In this document: positions 31,754 through 43,447 of the stretch, piece after piece
How the letters are laid out: every line of letters begins with the position of its first letter
Position numbering within the stretch: position 1 is the stretch's first letter
From: Prochlorococcus sp. AG-355-B18
GTDB lineage: Bacteria; Cyanobacteriota; Cyanobacteriia; PCC-6307; Cyanobiaceae
Assembly (NCBI GenBank): GCA_003280965.1
Contig: QCDI01000005.1
Span: forward strand, 60,131 to 124,130
Length of the DNA: 64,000 nt
Reading direction: 5' to 3'
Program-made: the position numbers and the translations under genes
The notes under the pieces: generated by a model
What the model was told of the DNA's origin: nothing
Database searches by the model: none
The model's input: the letters and a program-made list of their open reading frames with translations, nothing else

Positions 31754-32932
31754 TCAAATAATAGAATTAATAATCTCTTTAGCAGCTCTCTGGACTACGC
31801 CCTCTTCTCCTAATTCTTTTTTTAAAATAGCATAACCTTTTTTAATTTTTATTTTTTCTGACTTTACATCAAGAATCCTACAAGATTTATAAAAAATTTT
31901 CTTTTCGTCAAACTCTCTTTGCACAAACTCAGGGATTATTAATTTATTAACTAACAAATTTACAGGAGAAATAAATCTTACTTTGAAATTAAGAATTTTT
32001 TTAGCAATAAAAGCAGTTACCCTACTTACTCTATAACCAACAATCTGTGGGATTCCATATAAAGCTAATTCCATATTAACTGTCCCAGATTTGCAAAAAG
32101 CAATTTTAGTAAGCGAATAAATATAAGGCTTTAATTTTGCACAATCTTTTTGAGAAATCACAAATCCTTTAACTTGATATTTTCTCAAGGCTTTTTTGAA
32201 TATTTCATCAAAAGCAATCCGACAGGAGGGGATATAGACTACTAAACTTGGATATTTTTGTTGTAATTTTTTAGCCGCTTTCATAAAAGTAGGTAATACA
32301 TATCGTAATTCTTGAGGTCTTGATGCTGGCATCAAAAGCAGGATATTTTGATTAGGCCAAAGGTTAAGAATAGTTCTGGCATCCTTCTTTAAAGGAAGTT
32401 TTTTTGTCAAATCAATCATTGGATGTCCCACCCACAAAACATTTCCGCCCCTCTTTTTATAAAATGCTGCTTCTTTCTTGAAAATCGCAAAAATTTTATC
32501 AGAAAATTTTATTAGATTAGTTGTAGTGTTATTGCCAACCCTCCAAGCCCACTCTTGAGGAGCAATATAGTAAAAAATTGGAATTTTAGTTTTCGATCTT
32601 TTTAATTTTGTTCCAATTTTTACATTGGGGCCCATATAGTCAATAAGAATTAAGCAATCTGGAGGATATTTTTTTAGTAGTTTATAAAATCTTTTTTGAA
32701 TTCTTATTGTTGGAAGAATAAGAGGTAAAGCCTCCCAAATTCCTATTGCACTAATTGATGTAGTATCTTGAAGAATTTTTACACCTTCTTTCCTCATCCT
32801 TTCCCCACCTAATCCGCAAATTTCTAAATCTATCGATTTTTTTTTAGATTCCTCTAATAATGCTTTTGATAACAAACTTCCGTGCAAATCTCCAGAGACT
32901 TCTCCGGTACTTATAAATATCTTTTTATTCAT
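31754..32932 (-). CDS. lpxB: Lipid-A-disaccharide synthase
   Basis: GEVSGD, APQEWAWR, VGHP, KSGT. Confidence 0.95.
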   Translation of the reverse strand: MNKKIFISTGEVSGDLHGSLLSKALLEESKKKSIDLEICGLGGERMRKEGVKILQDTTSISAIGIWEALPLILPTIRIQKRFYKLLKKYPPDCLILIDYMGPNVKIGTKLKRSKTKIPIFYYIAPQEWAWRVGNNTTTNLIKFSDKIFAIFKKEAAFYKKRGGNVLWVGHPMIDLTKKLPLKKDARTILNLWPNQNILLLMPASRPQELRYVLPTFMKAAKKLQQKYPSLVVYIPSCRIAFDEIFKKALRKYQVKGFVISQKDCAKLKPYIYSLTKIAFCKSGTVNMELALYGIPQIVGYRVSRVTAFIAKKILNFKVRFISPVNLLVNKLIIPEFVQREFDEKKIFYKSCRILDVKSEKIKIKKGYAILKKELGEEGVVQRAAKEIINSII

Positions 32933-33771
32933 AAATTCACTATAGGCATTGGTCCTCGTCTTTCTTTAGATATTGACTCTTTTAAGAAATTACATAATTT
33001 TGAAGATGAAATATCTAATTCTCCTTTCATTACTTTTTCTAATGAATTTAAAATCGCATCATTAGATTTAAAAAGGGAATTCCAAGTAGTTTGCAAAAGT
33101 TTTAAATCAAAATCTTTATTTTCCATTAAACCACTTCTCTTAATTCCAATCCTATTTAAACCTCTCAATCTTCCTGGATGCCCTTCGGCCAAGCAGAAAG
33201 GAGGTACATCTCTATCTACTCTGGTCATCCCTCCAATCATTGCTAAATATCCAATATGTACAAACTGATGAATACCTAAACAACCGCCAATAATAGCTCT
33301 ATCTTCAATCTTTACATGGCCGGCAACTTGAACACTATTTGATAAAACTATCCTATTGCCAAGTTCACAATTATGGCCGATATGAGTATAAGCCATCAAC
33401 AAATTATTATTTCCAATAATTGTTTTTTCGCCCTCATTAGTTGCCTTATTAATAGTTACGCATTCTCTAAAAGTGTTATTATCCCCAATAATTACTTCAG
33501 TAGAGGCTCCTTTATATTTAAGGTCCTGGGGATCGAGACCTATAAAAACACTTGGGAAAACTTTATTGTTAACACCAATTTGAGTTCTTCCTGAAATAAC
33601 AGCGTTCGGGCCTATTTCGGTTCCTTTCCCGATAGTCACATCAGGGCCGACAATAGCTCCTTGAGAGACAATAACCCCATCATGTAATTCGGCACTTGGA
33701 TCAACGAAAGCATTTGGGTGAACTTTTACGCCACTAAATCTTGAGTTAAATTCATTATTTTTTTGATCCAT
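32929..33771 (-). CDS. lpxA: UDP-N-acetylglucosamine O-acyltransferase (ATG start chosen over TTG at 33783)
   Basis: Hexapeptide repeats, PQDLKY, HIGHNC, HQF. Confidence 0.95.
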   Translation of the reverse strand: MDQKNNEFNSRFSGVKVHPNAFVDPSAELHDGVIVSQGAIVGPDVTIGKGTEIGPNAVISGRTQIGVNNKVFPSVFIGLDPQDLKYKGASTEVIIGDNNTFRECVTINKATNEGEKTIIGNNNLLMAYTHIGHNCELGNRIVLSNSVQVAGHVKIEDRAIIGGCLGIHQFVHIGYLAMIGGMTRVDRDVPPFCLAEGHPGRLRGLNRIGIKRSGLMENKDFDLKLLQTTWNSLFKSNDAILNSLEKVMKGELDISSSKLCNFLKESISKERRGPMPIVNL

Positions 33772-33775
33772 ATCC

Positions 33776-34234
33776 CTAATCAACTAATGAAAACATTAAT
33801 TCTCCAGCACAAACCAACTTCCCATCAACGTGCGCCTCTCCTTTAACCTTTCCAAATCTTTGTCTTTTAATAGACAATAACTCACAAGAAATTATCAATT
33901 GATCTCCTGGCACAACTGGTTTTCTGAATTTAACATTATTGATTCCAGCAAAGACGAAAAGTCCTTTAGGAAGATCAGGCATTTGCGTTACAATTATTCC
34001 ACCTACTTGAGCCATTGATTCAACAATAAGAACCCCGGGCATTAAGGGTCTCTCAGGAAAATGTCCCTGAAATTGAGGCTCATTTATAGTTACATTTTTT
34101 ACTGCAACAGCTCTCTCCCCAGGAATATTCTCTATAACTTTGTCCACAAGAGCAAAAGGATATCTATGAGGTAATAAACCTAGAATGTTCTCAGAGGAAA
34201 GTTGATTATTTTCACTGGATAATTTCTTTTCCAA
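33776..34234 (-). CDS. fabZ: 3-hydroxyacyl-ACP dehydratase
   Basis: [24 protein letters not shown]. Confidence 0.97.
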   Translation of the reverse strand: MEKKLSSENNQLSSENILGLLPHRYPFALVDKVIENIPGERAVAVKNVTINEPQFQGHFPERPLMPGVLIVESMAQVGGIIVTQMPDLPKGLFVFAGINNVKFRKPVVPGDQLIISCELLSIKRQRFGKVKGEAHVDGKLVCAGELMFSLVD

Positions 34235-34251
34235 AACAATTAAAGATAAAG

Positions 34252-35088
34252 TTAATTTTTTAGCGATGAGGCCAATAAAGCATTTAAAGAATGCGATCCT
34301 TTATAAACTAAAATTTGAGCCTTAGGTAACCCTACCAAAGCCAAGTCCCCAATTAGGTCTAAAATTTTATGTCTTATTGGTTCATTATCAAATCTTAATG
34401 GTGGATTAACCCATTCATCACCATCACAAACAAGAGCATTTTCCAAACTTCCCCCTTTGATTAATCCAAGTTCACTTAATTCTTGAAATTGATCCTTAAA
34501 TCCAAATGTCCTTGCTGGAGCAATCATTTCAACGAAACTTTTTGGATTTAAATCAACTACAAAAGTTTGATTCCCAATTGCTTTATAGGAAAAACTAATA
34601 GTAGAAATAATTGTAGTTTTTTCGGACGGGGTAGCTGCTATTACTGAGCCTTCTTTGTTTAAAATAATTGATTTATTAATCTCTCGAAAAAAATTATCAG
34701 GTTTGGGGGCTTTTTTTATACCTACTTCTTCAAAATCTCTAACCCACTGAATTGCCGATCCATCTAAAAGCGGTATCTCTTTACCATCAACCTCAATATG
34801 TATATAACTTAACCCGCACCCAGCCATTGAAGATAATAAATGTTCAATAGTATATAAATTTCTCCCCCCTATTTTAACCGCGGTACAAAGCATCGTACTT
34901 CCAATTAAATCTTGGGTTAGCTTAAAAATCTCGTTTGGTTTATCCTTGAAAGAAACATGATAGCCTTCTTTCTCATAAGAAGAAATTTTAACTCTTGTTT
35001 TTTCTCCACTATGAAGGCCAATACCTTCTCTGGAGATAACTCCACCTAAGGTATAGCAACAATCATAATTAGTAGGCCAAGAAAACAC
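34252..35088 (-). CDS. lpxC: UDP-3-O-acyl-GlcNAc deacetylase
   Basis: [28 protein letters not shown]. Confidence 0.96.
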   Translation of the reverse strand: MFSWPTNYDCCYTLGGVISREGIGLHSGEKTRVKISSYEKEGYHVSFKDKPNEIFKLTQDLIGSTMLCTAVKIGGRNLYTIEHLLSSMAGCGLSYIHIEVDGKEIPLLDGSAIQWVRDFEEVGIKKAPKPDNFFREINKSIILNKEGSVIAATPSEKTTIISTISFSYKAIGNQTFVVDLNPKSFVEMIAPARTFGFKDQFQELSELGLIKGGSLENALVCDGDEWVNPPLRFDNEPIRHKILDLIGDLALVGLPKAQILVYKGSHSLNALLASSLKN

Positions 35089-37221
35089 TTAAAACTTCCA
35101 TCCTACTCCAAGTGTATATCTCCAATCTCCACTTTGATCCTTACTTGCAACGTCTAATCTTAATGGACCAATTGGTGTTTTCACTCCAACTCCCCCTCCT
35201 AGTGAAAAACCCGAACCTGACTTCTGCAATAATTTACCAGGCTTCCCAGGGATATCATTTTGAGATCCTAAATCACTTCCTGCATCTACAAATAAAGCTC
35301 CCGATATCATTCTCCAAACAGGGAATCTATATTCAACTGTCCCCTCAACAAAACTTTTACTAACAGCTAAATCACAAGATCCCCAACCTCTAACAGATGA
35401 TGTTCCGCCCATACAAAATGCTTCATAAGGAGGCAATTCTCCAAGAATAGTTCCTGCTTTAAATTGAAACCCAATCGCTTGGGGACAGTCTTCACTATCA
35501 GAATTACCAGACTTACATGCTTTAGTTAAATTTATTAATTTTGTTGGTATAAAAAATGAATAAGAAGCTTTCATTCTATTAAAAGTTGGAGAGTTTTCTC
35601 CCATTGAAACAAACTGTTCAGTACCAAAACTAAATTTATTTCCTGAAGTTGGGTTAAAGGAGTTATTCAAATTATTTCTAGAAGTAGTTGCGATAAAACT
35701 TACTAATGTATTTTCAGCAGGACATGAACCATCATTTGGAGTGAATCCAATACATATAATATCGCTTATATTTCCTGTAGTTGGCGTCATATCCCCATAA
35801 GGTTTTTGATTACCGTCACCATCAATCATCTTTACTTTTTTTAAATTCATTCCAGCTAGAACTCTCCACTTAGCGACCTTAAATGGATCTCCTCCGTTTA
35901 GAGGCCTTGAGAAAGAAAAACCACCCCCAGTTTTTTCTAAAACTATTGATGAAAAAGTATCAGAGGTTGAAGTGTTTGTATCGTCTACTGCGTAAATACG
36001 CCCATTAGTTTCACTTTTAAATTCTTGAGGATAATCTCTACTCAAAAATAAATTTGTTTTAAAAGAAGTTCTATGTTTATCCCCTTTAATCCATGGATCG
36101 GATAAAGAGAAATTATAGGTAGTTGAATATTCTCCAAAATTTAGGTTTAGATTTGTGGACCATGCTCTACCAAGTGCATTTGTTTCCTGCAAACCAAGTG
36201 AGGCAAAGATGCCTGAACTATTGCTATAACCTAGACCACCTGTCAATGATCCTGTTCTTTGTTCACTCAAGTCTAAAAAGATTATGACTCGACCAGGATT
36301 TGAACTGTCAGGACCAAGGGAAACCTTCACATCATCAAATAAACTAGTGGCATAAAGTCTTCTGATATCTGCTTCTAAAATTTGTCTGTTAAATATTGAA
36401 CCTGGTTGCGTTTTCAATTCTCTTTTTATGACCCAGTCTTTTGTTTTCCCTTTTCTAGGTTCCCCATCAATAGAAGATTCACCATCAGTTCCTAAAAATC
36501 TTAACTGCACATCAGATACAATGCCTTCAGTGACATTTAATTTGACTATTCCATTTTCATTTATTCTATCTGGGCCTTTAATTCTAGCTAAAGAATAACC
36601 CTCACTTTCATATCGCTTCTTTATTGTGTTAATTTTATTTTGAAATTCATTTAAATTAAGTGTTGTTCCATAATAATTTTTAAAAACATCGTCTACATAT
36701 TGATCAGAGACTATAGAGTTTGTTGAGTTTAGTTCAACTTTCTTTAAAATTGGATTAGGAATTACATTTACAATTAGCCTTACTCCTAATGGGCCATTTT
36801 GAGAATTTATTTTAACTCCTGAAAACCAACCACTAGCATATATTGCATTAAGGTCTTGTTTTAAAATTTGATTATCAACAATACTGCCTGGCTTTATACT
36901 CATTGAATCATATGCAGCCAATTCAAGTTTTCTACCCTCGGGATGATTTTCCCAACCTTCGATAATTATTTCTGAAATAAGAACACCCTCTTTCTCAATA
37001 TTTTCATTATTTTCTGCGATAAAGAAATTTTTCTCCTGTTTAGTGTAAAGTCCTTGAAATAAACTACTGTTTTTGTTATTTATTTCTGAATTTATAAATT
37101 TTTGCTCAAAGTCATTTGGCAAATACTTAGCAGCTAATTCTGAATTATTTGATATTAAAATCAAGGGAGAAAAAGCAATATTTGTGAAAACTTTTCTAAA
37201 ATTTAAAAATTGTTTTTGCAT
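35089..37221 (-). CDS. bamA: Omp85/BamA outer-membrane protein insertase
   Basis: POTRA repeats, beta-barrel, VRGW loop-6 motif, terminal Phe. Confidence 0.92.
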   Translation of the reverse strand: MQKQFLNFRKVFTNIAFSPLILISNNSELAAKYLPNDFEQKFINSEINNKNSSLFQGLYTKQEKNFFIAENNENIEKEGVLISEIIIEGWENHPEGRKLELAAYDSMSIKPGSIVDNQILKQDLNAIYASGWFSGVKINSQNGPLGVRLIVNVIPNPILKKVELNSTNSIVSDQYVDDVFKNYYGTTLNLNEFQNKINTIKKRYESEGYSLARIKGPDRINENGIVKLNVTEGIVSDVQLRFLGTDGESSIDGEPRKGKTKDWVIKRELKTQPGSIFNRQILEADIRRLYATSLFDDVKVSLGPDSSNPGRVIIFLDLSEQRTGSLTGGLGYSNSSGIFASLGLQETNALGRAWSTNLNLNFGEYSTTYNFSLSDPWIKGDKHRTSFKTNLFLSRDYPQEFKSETNGRIYAVDDTNTSTSDTFSSIVLEKTGGGFSFSRPLNGGDPFKVAKWRVLAGMNLKKVKMIDGDGNQKPYGDMTPTTGNISDIICIGFTPNDGSCPAENTLVSFIATTSRNNLNNSFNPTSGNKFSFGTEQFVSMGENSPTFNRMKASYSFFIPTKLINLTKACKSGNSDSEDCPQAIGFQFKAGTILGELPPYEAFCMGGTSSVRGWGSCDLAVSKSFVEGTVEYRFPVWRMISGALFVDAGSDLGSQNDIPGKPGKLLQKSGSGFSLGGGVGVKTPIGPLRLDVASKDQSGDWRYTLGVGWKF

Positions 37222-37266
37222 AGTATTCTTGCTTAGGGTAAATAAAACATTATTTATTGAATTGAG

Positions 37267-37995
37267 TTAAATGAAATCGTTTATTCTTCGGTTAATTTCA
37301 CTATAAGCTTCAATTAGACCACCTAAATCATTTCTAAATCTGTCTTTGTCTAGACTTACAATTGTATCATTATTCTGATTAAGATCCCACAATCTACAAT
37401 TATCAGGACTTATTTCATCCCCAAGTATTATGTTGTTTTTTGAGTCATAACCAAACTCTAACTTAAAATCTACGAGTTGAAGTTTAATATTTTTAAAAAA
37501 ATTTTTCAAGATTAAATTAATTTTTAGAGTTAAATCGATTATATGATCTAGCTCTTTGGAGCTTATTATATTCATTAATTCAATTCTATCTTTTGTAATT
37601 AACGGATCATTAAGTTCGTCATTTTTAAGATAAATATCTATTAAAGGTTTTACCAAGTCAGTACCAGATGCAATAGTAGTTTGTTTACATAAAGAGCCAT
37701 AAGCAGTATTTCTTAAAACAATCTCTAAGGGGATTATTTTTATTTTTTGTGCAATAATTGTATTTTCATTTTTAAGTTCAATAAAGTGAGTTGGTATATT
37801 CTTATTTATAAGAATTTCAAAAATTCTTGCACTTATTAGGCAATTAAGTCTGCCCTTTCCTTCAAATTTAGCTTTTTTCAAAGCATTAAAAGCTGTAGCA
37901 TCATCTTTAAATTCAATTATTACTTTATCTGCATCATCATGAGAAAATACTTTTTTAGCTTTGCCTTCATAAATTAATTCATGTTTATTATTCAT
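37267..37995 (-). CDS. purC: SAICAR synthetase
   Basis: YEGKAK, LVDFKLEFG, DEISPD, DKDRFR. Confidence 0.97.
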   Translation of the reverse strand: MNNKHELIYEGKAKKVFSHDDADKVIIEFKDDATAFNALKKAKFEGKGRLNCLISARIFEILINKNIPTHFIELKNENTIIAQKIKIIPLEIVLRNTAYGSLCKQTTIASGTDLVKPLIDIYLKNDELNDPLITKDRIELMNIISSKELDHIIDLTLKINLILKNFFKNIKLQLVDFKLEFGYDSKNNIILGDEISPDNCRLWDLNQNNDTIVSLDKDRFRNDLGGLIEAYSEINRRINDFI

Positions 37996-38126
37996 TAAAT
38001 TTAGGACCTCATTTGATTACTAAAAGTATGATTTGTAATTAACATACTTATTAGAGATAAATTTCAAATAGTTTATTTCATTTTAACTAATTATTCATCA
38101 AAACTCATAACCTATAAATCAAACTT

Positions 38127-39458
38127 ATGAGTATAAATTCAAACAATTTTAAAAACTTCAATAGGTTAGAAAATATTTTAATAATTGGAAATGGAGGGAG
38201 AGAAAACTCTTTGGCTTGGGCTATTCAAAAAAATGAATTAGTCAAAAAAGTTTTTTTAATACCTGGTAACGCTGGATCAGAAAGAATAAATAAATGTGAA
38301 AGAATAAAAATTGATATCAAAAAAAGAAAAGAATTAGTAGAAAAACTTGATTTTTTGAAAGTAGATTTAATTGTAATAGGCCCCGAAATACCTTTAGCGG
38401 ATGGACTAGCTGATTTTCTTCGCGAAAAAGATTTTAAAGTTTTCGGACCTGGTAAAGATGGAGCAAAATTAGAATACAGCAAATCTTGGGCAAAAGAATT
38501 TATGCAAGATGCAAATATTCCAACTGCTAAATTTTGGAAAGTAAGTTCTCTAGAAGAAGCAAAAAAAATTATTCATTCAACTTCGATTCCACTAGTAGTA
38601 AAAGCTGATGGTTTAGCTTCAGGTAAAGGCGTTTTTATTCCTGATTCAAAAGAAGAATGTGTTATGGCAACAGAATCAATCTTCAATGGTAAGTTTGGCA
38701 ACTCAGGGAATATGGTAGTTCTTGAAGAGAAAATTCATGGTCCAGAAGTTTCAGTTTTTGCTTTATGTGATGGGAAAAAATACATTTTACTTCCTTCCGC
38801 ACAAGATCATAAACGACTTAATGAAGAAGATAAAGGTCCTAATACGGGCGGGATGGGAGCTTATTCTCCTGCCCCACTTTTAACAAAAAATTATCTTGAA
38901 AGAATTATCAAAGAGATAATTGAACCCACAATAAATGAACTCAATAAAAAAAATATTGATTATAAAGGCGTTATTTATTTTGGGTTAATGATCACAAAAT
39001 CTGGTCCAAAAGTTATAGAATATAACTGCAGATTTGGTGATCCAGAATGTCAAACAATAATGCCTTTGATGGATCAAAGTTTTGTATTTCTTTTAGAAAA
39101 ATGCTCAATGGGAAATTTAATTGGTAGCGAAAAAATTGATACTTCTGATAAGGTTAGTGGTTGTGTAATAGCTACTTCAAAGGGATATCCTCATGAATAT
39201 AAAACTGGCTTTCCAATTAAAATTGGGAGGATAGATCCTAATGATTGCCAAATTTTCGACTCGGGCACCTCTTTAAGTAAAGATGGGGAATTATTAACTG
39301 ATGGAGGAAGAGTTTTAAGCATTGTCTGTCAAGATAAAGATTTCGATTTGGTTTTTGAAAAAGCATACAAAAATTTAAAGGAAATAAATTTTGATGGTAT
39401 TTACTTTAGAAATGATATCGGTCATCAAGTGAGAAAAAACTTTTTTAAGGAGAATTAG
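38127..39458 (+). CDS. purD: Phosphoribosylamine-glycine ligase
   Basis: GNGGRE, KADGLASGKG, QDHKR, NTGGMG, RFGDPE. Confidence 0.97.
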   Translation: MSINSNNFKNFNRLENILIIGNGGRENSLAWAIQKNELVKKVFLIPGNAGSERINKCERIKIDIKKRKELVEKLDFLKVDLIVIGPEIPLADGLADFLREKDFKVFGPGKDGAKLEYSKSWAKEFMQDANIPTAKFWKVSSLEEAKKIIHSTSIPLVVKADGLASGKGVFIPDSKEECVMATESIFNGKFGNSGNMVVLEEKIHGPEVSVFALCDGKKYILLPSAQDHKRLNEEDKGPNTGGMGAYSPAPLLTKNYLERIIKEIIEPTINELNKKNIDYKGVIYFGLMITKSGPKVIEYNCRFGDPECQTIMPLMDQSFVFLLEKCSMGNLIGSEKIDTSDKVSGCVIATSKGYPHEYKTGFPIKIGRIDPNDCQIFDSGTSLSKDGELLTDGGRVLSIVCQDKDFDLVFEKAYKNLKEINFDGIYFRNDIGHQVRKNFFKEN

Positions 39459-39462
39459 TCTT

Positions 39463-41529
39463 ATGGTAGATACCAGTAATCAAGAAGGTAGAGAATATAA
39501 CTTTGCTGATAACGAAGATATTGATAATAATTATTGGACAAATAGACTTCTTACTTGGTGGAGTGGGTTTAGTTTAAGGACAAAATTATTAGCAATAGCA
39601 ACTCTAGTTGTAAGTCTACTGATGACAGGAATAACATTTTTTGCACTAAACAGTATTCAAAGGGATGCTGGAATGAATGATACTAGATATGCTCGAGATC
39701 TTGGACTATTATTATCGGGGAATGTTACGGAATTGGTTGCTAATAACCAAAAGAAAGAAATCTCAAATGTTGCTGAAAAGTTTTGGAGATCAAGCCGAAA
39801 CCTTCGTTACATATTTTTTACAGATGCCGAAGACATAGTTCAACTTGGCATACCAATTAGTGCCACTCCTACAAGTTCAGATAGTCAGTTCCAGCTAACT
39901 AGAAGATTAAAATTACCGTCGGAATTAAAGAAAAGGCCACAATTTCCATTAGTTAGGCAACACGTTACTCCTCAAGGTCAAGTTACAGATGTTTTTGTCC
40001 CAATGCTTTGGAAAGGAAAATATCTTGGAACGTTAGCCCTTGGAGTTACACCCAATAAAAAAGCCTTAGCCAGTGCAGCACTTACTAGAGAAGTTACAAT
40101 AGCCGTTTTTATCTCTATTTGGGTTTTAGTAATACTTGGAGCTGTATTCAATGCACTGACAATTACAAGACCTGTAAGGGAGTTAGTGAGAGGGGTCAGA
40201 GAAATTTCAAAAGGTAACTTCAAATCAAGAATTTCTTTACCTATGACAGGAGACTTAGGAGAACTTTTAAATGGATTTAACCGAATGGCCACTCAACTAG
40301 AAAATTATGATGAGGCAAATATTGAAGAACTTAAGGCCGCTCAAATAAAGCAGCAATCACTTATAGCTACTATGGCTGATGGTGCAATATTATTGGATTC
40401 CCAGGGAAAGATTGTTCTTACTAACCCAACAGCAAAAAGATTATTTCGTTGGGAAGGAAGATTTTTAGAAGGAAAATTCTTTTTAAATGAGATCCCTGAA
40501 ATTTTATCTAATGACCTACACACAAATATAGAATCTATACTTAACAGAGAAAAGGAGAAGGATGATTTAAGGTTTAGTTTAGGTGAACCGGCTAGAACTT
40601 TAAGAATTGTCTTACAATCAGTATTAGATACCAATAAAGTTGAATTAAAAGGGATTGCAGTAACAATTCAAGATCTTACTAGAGAGGTAGAACTAAACGC
40701 AGCACAGAACAGATTTATTAGTAACGTTTCACATGAATTAAGGACACCACTTTTCAACATTAAGAGTTACGTAGAGACTTTGCATGATTTAAAAGATCAG
40801 CTTTCTAACGAAGAACAACTCGAATTTCTGGGTATTGCAAATTCAGAGACTGATAGGCTAACAAGACTAGTGAACGATGTATTAGATTTATCAAGATTGG
40901 AGTCAGGGAAAATAATTCAACTAGAGGAAATGGATATAAAACCAGCGATAGAACAGACTCTCCGCAATTATAGACTTAATGCTACAGAAAAAAATGTTTC
41001 ATTAGCACATGATATAGAAGAAACTATCCCATCAATTCTTGGGAATTTTGATTTACTTCTGCAAGTTTTTGATAATTTACTTGGTAATGGATTGAAATTT
41101 AGTCCTAAAAACAGCAACCTAATGATTAGAGCTTATACTTGGCCAGATTCCTGTCCTGCCCTCCCACCAAGCAACAGCGAATATGCAGCTCCTCAATGTG
41201 AGTTAGTTTCACCTCTACCAAAAGTAAGAATTGAGATCGCTGATACAGGATCAGGAATATCTCAAGCGGATCAAGAAAAGATATTCGACCGTTTTTATAG
41301 AGTAGAGAATTCAGTTCATACTGAGCAAGGGACAGGTTTAGGTTTATCTATAGTAAGAGGTATTATTGAAAAGCATGGTGGAGAAATTCGTATGGCTAGT
41401 GAATTGGGGGTTGGAACCACCTTTTGGTTTGATTTAGCATTAGCACAATCTGATAAAGATGAATTATTGACTCAAACTATTAATAATATAGATACTTTTT
41501 CAAGCTCTGAAATTAAAGAAATTATCTAA
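39463..41529 (+). CDS. nblS: Sensor histidine kinase NblS/Hik33 (HAMP-PAS-HisKA-HATPase)
   Basis: Two TMs, MNDTRYARDLGLLL, SHELRTPL, GTGLGL. Confidence 0.93.
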   Translation: MVDTSNQEGREYNFADNEDIDNNYWTNRLLTWWSGFSLRTKLLAIATLVVSLLMTGITFFALNSIQRDAGMNDTRYARDLGLLLSGNVTELVANNQKKEISNVAEKFWRSSRNLRYIFFTDAEDIVQLGIPISATPTSSDSQFQLTRRLKLPSELKKRPQFPLVRQHVTPQGQVTDVFVPMLWKGKYLGTLALGVTPNKKALASAALTREVTIAVFISIWVLVILGAVFNALTITRPVRELVRGVREISKGNFKSRISLPMTGDLGELLNGFNRMATQLENYDEANIEELKAAQIKQQSLIATMADGAILLDSQGKIVLTNPTAKRLFRWEGRFLEGKFFLNEIPEILSNDLHTNIESILNREKEKDDLRFSLGEPARTLRIVLQSVLDTNKVELKGIAVTIQDLTREVELNAAQNRFISNVSHELRTPLFNIKSYVETLHDLKDQLSNEEQLEFLGIANSETDRLTRLVNDVLDLSRLESGKIIQLEEMDIKPAIEQTLRNYRLNATEKNVSLAHDIEETIPSILGNFDLLLQVFDNLLGNGLKFSPKNSNLMIRAYTWPDSCPALPPSNSEYAAPQCELVSPLPKVRIEIADTGSGISQADQEKIFDRFYRVENSVHTEQGTGLGLSIVRGIIEKHGGEIRMASELGVGTTFWFDLALAQSDKDELLTQTINNIDTFSSSEIKEII

Positions 41530-43055
41530 TTATTATCTATCCCTTTAAAAATATTTTGAACATTTTGATCAGGAACAACCCTATGTGGGGCACCACTAAA
41601 TATCTGCTCAAAGTTAGAAAATGAATCTTTTATTTCAGGTCCATTATTAGTGATAATAAATTCTCTTATTCTTTTATCATGCCATGATCCCCTCATCTTA
41701 AAAACATTTAAAGCTCTAGCCATCTCCCCTTTTATTTCGACATACTGGAGTAACAATATAGTATCTGTAATCGTTGAGATATGAGAATCAGTAATAGAAT
41801 GACTTCCCATAAATTCTTCTGCAGTATTAGTAAAGAAGCCTGCTATTTCTTCTTGTTTGGTATAGCCAGTGACTGCAATAACAAACTGTCTGAATGCATT
41901 CAAACTTACACCTCGAGCTAATGCTGAGAGAGAATCTATTGCCATTCTCTTTGGTTTAAATTGATTAATTTGCGTTTTGATGATTTGTAAGTGATCTTCC
42001 AAACCAGTTGATTCAGGATATGCACAAATAATTTTTAATATCCCATCACTTTCCATCTTTTCAAAATCTATTCCCCAACTAGTCGCATTCCTAAGCAACT
42101 GAGCCCTAGATTCCTCGTAAGCGAAAAGTATTGCTCTTTCACTGTTGTTATAAGCGTCTTCTACAAATTTCGATACAAGCATTGTCTTACCTGTACCAGT
42201 AGCGCCTGTGGCGAGGATAATTGAATCCTGGAAATAACCTCCTCCACACATTTCGTCAAGATCTTTAACTCCTGAACTAATTCTGATATTAGAAGATCTT
42301 TGCGTAAGTCTCATTGCTCCGAGGGCAAACACACTTATACCATCAGTTCCCATAGTGAAGGGATATTCCCCTTTCATATGAACTGTACCTCTTAACTTCA
42401 AAACTTCTAAAGTTCTTCTTCTCTTCTCTGACTCTAGAACATTTCTTAATAGGACAACATTATCAGATACAAACTCTTCTACTCCATATCTAGCGATAGG
42501 CCCATAATCATCAACCCTTTCTGTAGTCATCACTGTTGTAACTCCAATTTCTTTCAATCTTGCTATGAGTCTAAATATTTCTCTTCTGACAACGTAAATA
42601 GCGTCATATTGTTGAAAAACCGCGGTTATTGAGTCTATTGCAACTCTTTTGGCTTTATATTTTCTTATTGCGTAACTAATTCTCTCAATAAGGCCAGATA
42701 AGTCAAAGTTACCTGCAACATCTTGACCATCAGGATCGGGAGAAGCATCTAATATGAATAACTTATTTTGATCAATTAATTCTTGCAAATCCCATCCGAA
42801 GCTAGCAGCATTTCTTATTATGTCTAAAGGCGATTCTTCAAATGTGACGAATATCCCTGGCTCATCAAAATTACAAATCCCATGGTGTAAGTACTGAAGA
42901 GAAAAAACTGTTTTACCAGTACCTGATGTACCACTAACGAGTGTACTTCGTGATACAGGCAACCCTCCTCTACAGACATCATCGAAGCCTTCTATTCCCG
43001 TAGGTAATTTTTGCACTTGCATTTTATTTGATTTGCCAAATTTCTTATCTTTCAT
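41526..43055 (-). CDS. kaiC: Circadian clock protein KaiC
   Basis: Two P-loops (GTSGTGKT, GATGTGKT), HISTITD phosphosites. Confidence 0.98.
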   Translation of the reverse strand: MKDKKFGKSNKMQVQKLPTGIEGFDDVCRGGLPVSRSTLVSGTSGTGKTVFSLQYLHHGICNFDEPGIFVTFEESPLDIIRNAASFGWDLQELIDQNKLFILDASPDPDGQDVAGNFDLSGLIERISYAIRKYKAKRVAIDSITAVFQQYDAIYVVRREIFRLIARLKEIGVTTVMTTERVDDYGPIARYGVEEFVSDNVVLLRNVLESEKRRRTLEVLKLRGTVHMKGEYPFTMGTDGISVFALGAMRLTQRSSNIRISSGVKDLDEMCGGGYFQDSIILATGATGTGKTMLVSKFVEDAYNNSERAILFAYEESRAQLLRNATSWGIDFEKMESDGILKIICAYPESTGLEDHLQIIKTQINQFKPKRMAIDSLSALARGVSLNAFRQFVIAVTGYTKQEEIAGFFTNTAEEFMGSHSITDSHISTITDTILLLQYVEIKGEMARALNVFKMRGSWHDKRIREFIITNNGPEIKDSFSNFEQIFSGAPHRVVPDQNVQNIFKGIDNN

Positions 43056-43129
43056 AGTGATGTGCTATAGAAAATTAACTAAAAATAAACATTAAAGTTA
43101 TTTCTAAGTATAAAAAAGTTTTCTATATA

Positions 43130-43447
43130 TTACTTATCTCCACTATATTCAGTTTCAGTTAATTCATCAAAAAGTAAATCCAAACCGATTAAAACTTTTT
43201 CTCTATCAGAGAGGTCACCAATTATTCTTCTAACTGGTGGAGGTAAAATTTTAGATAAAGTTGGGGTAGCAAGAATCTTATCCTCCTCTGCAAGTTGTGG
43301 TTGCTTAAGTACGTCTATAACCTTCAAAGCATAAACTCCTTTAAATTCATTTTCTAGAATTTCTCTTAGTGTATTTAAAGCTCTCATTGAATTAGGAGTA
43401 TTTCCAGCAACATAAAGTTTTAAAATATAAGTTTTTCTTGCTGCCAT
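43130..43447 (-). CDS. kaiB: Circadian clock protein KaiB
   Basis: [33 protein letters not shown]. Confidence 0.98.
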   Translation of the reverse strand: MAARKTYILKLYVAGNTPNSMRALNTLREILENEFKGVYALKVIDVLKQPQLAEEDKILATPTLSKILPPPVRRIIGDLSDREKVLIGLDLLFDELTETEYSGDK

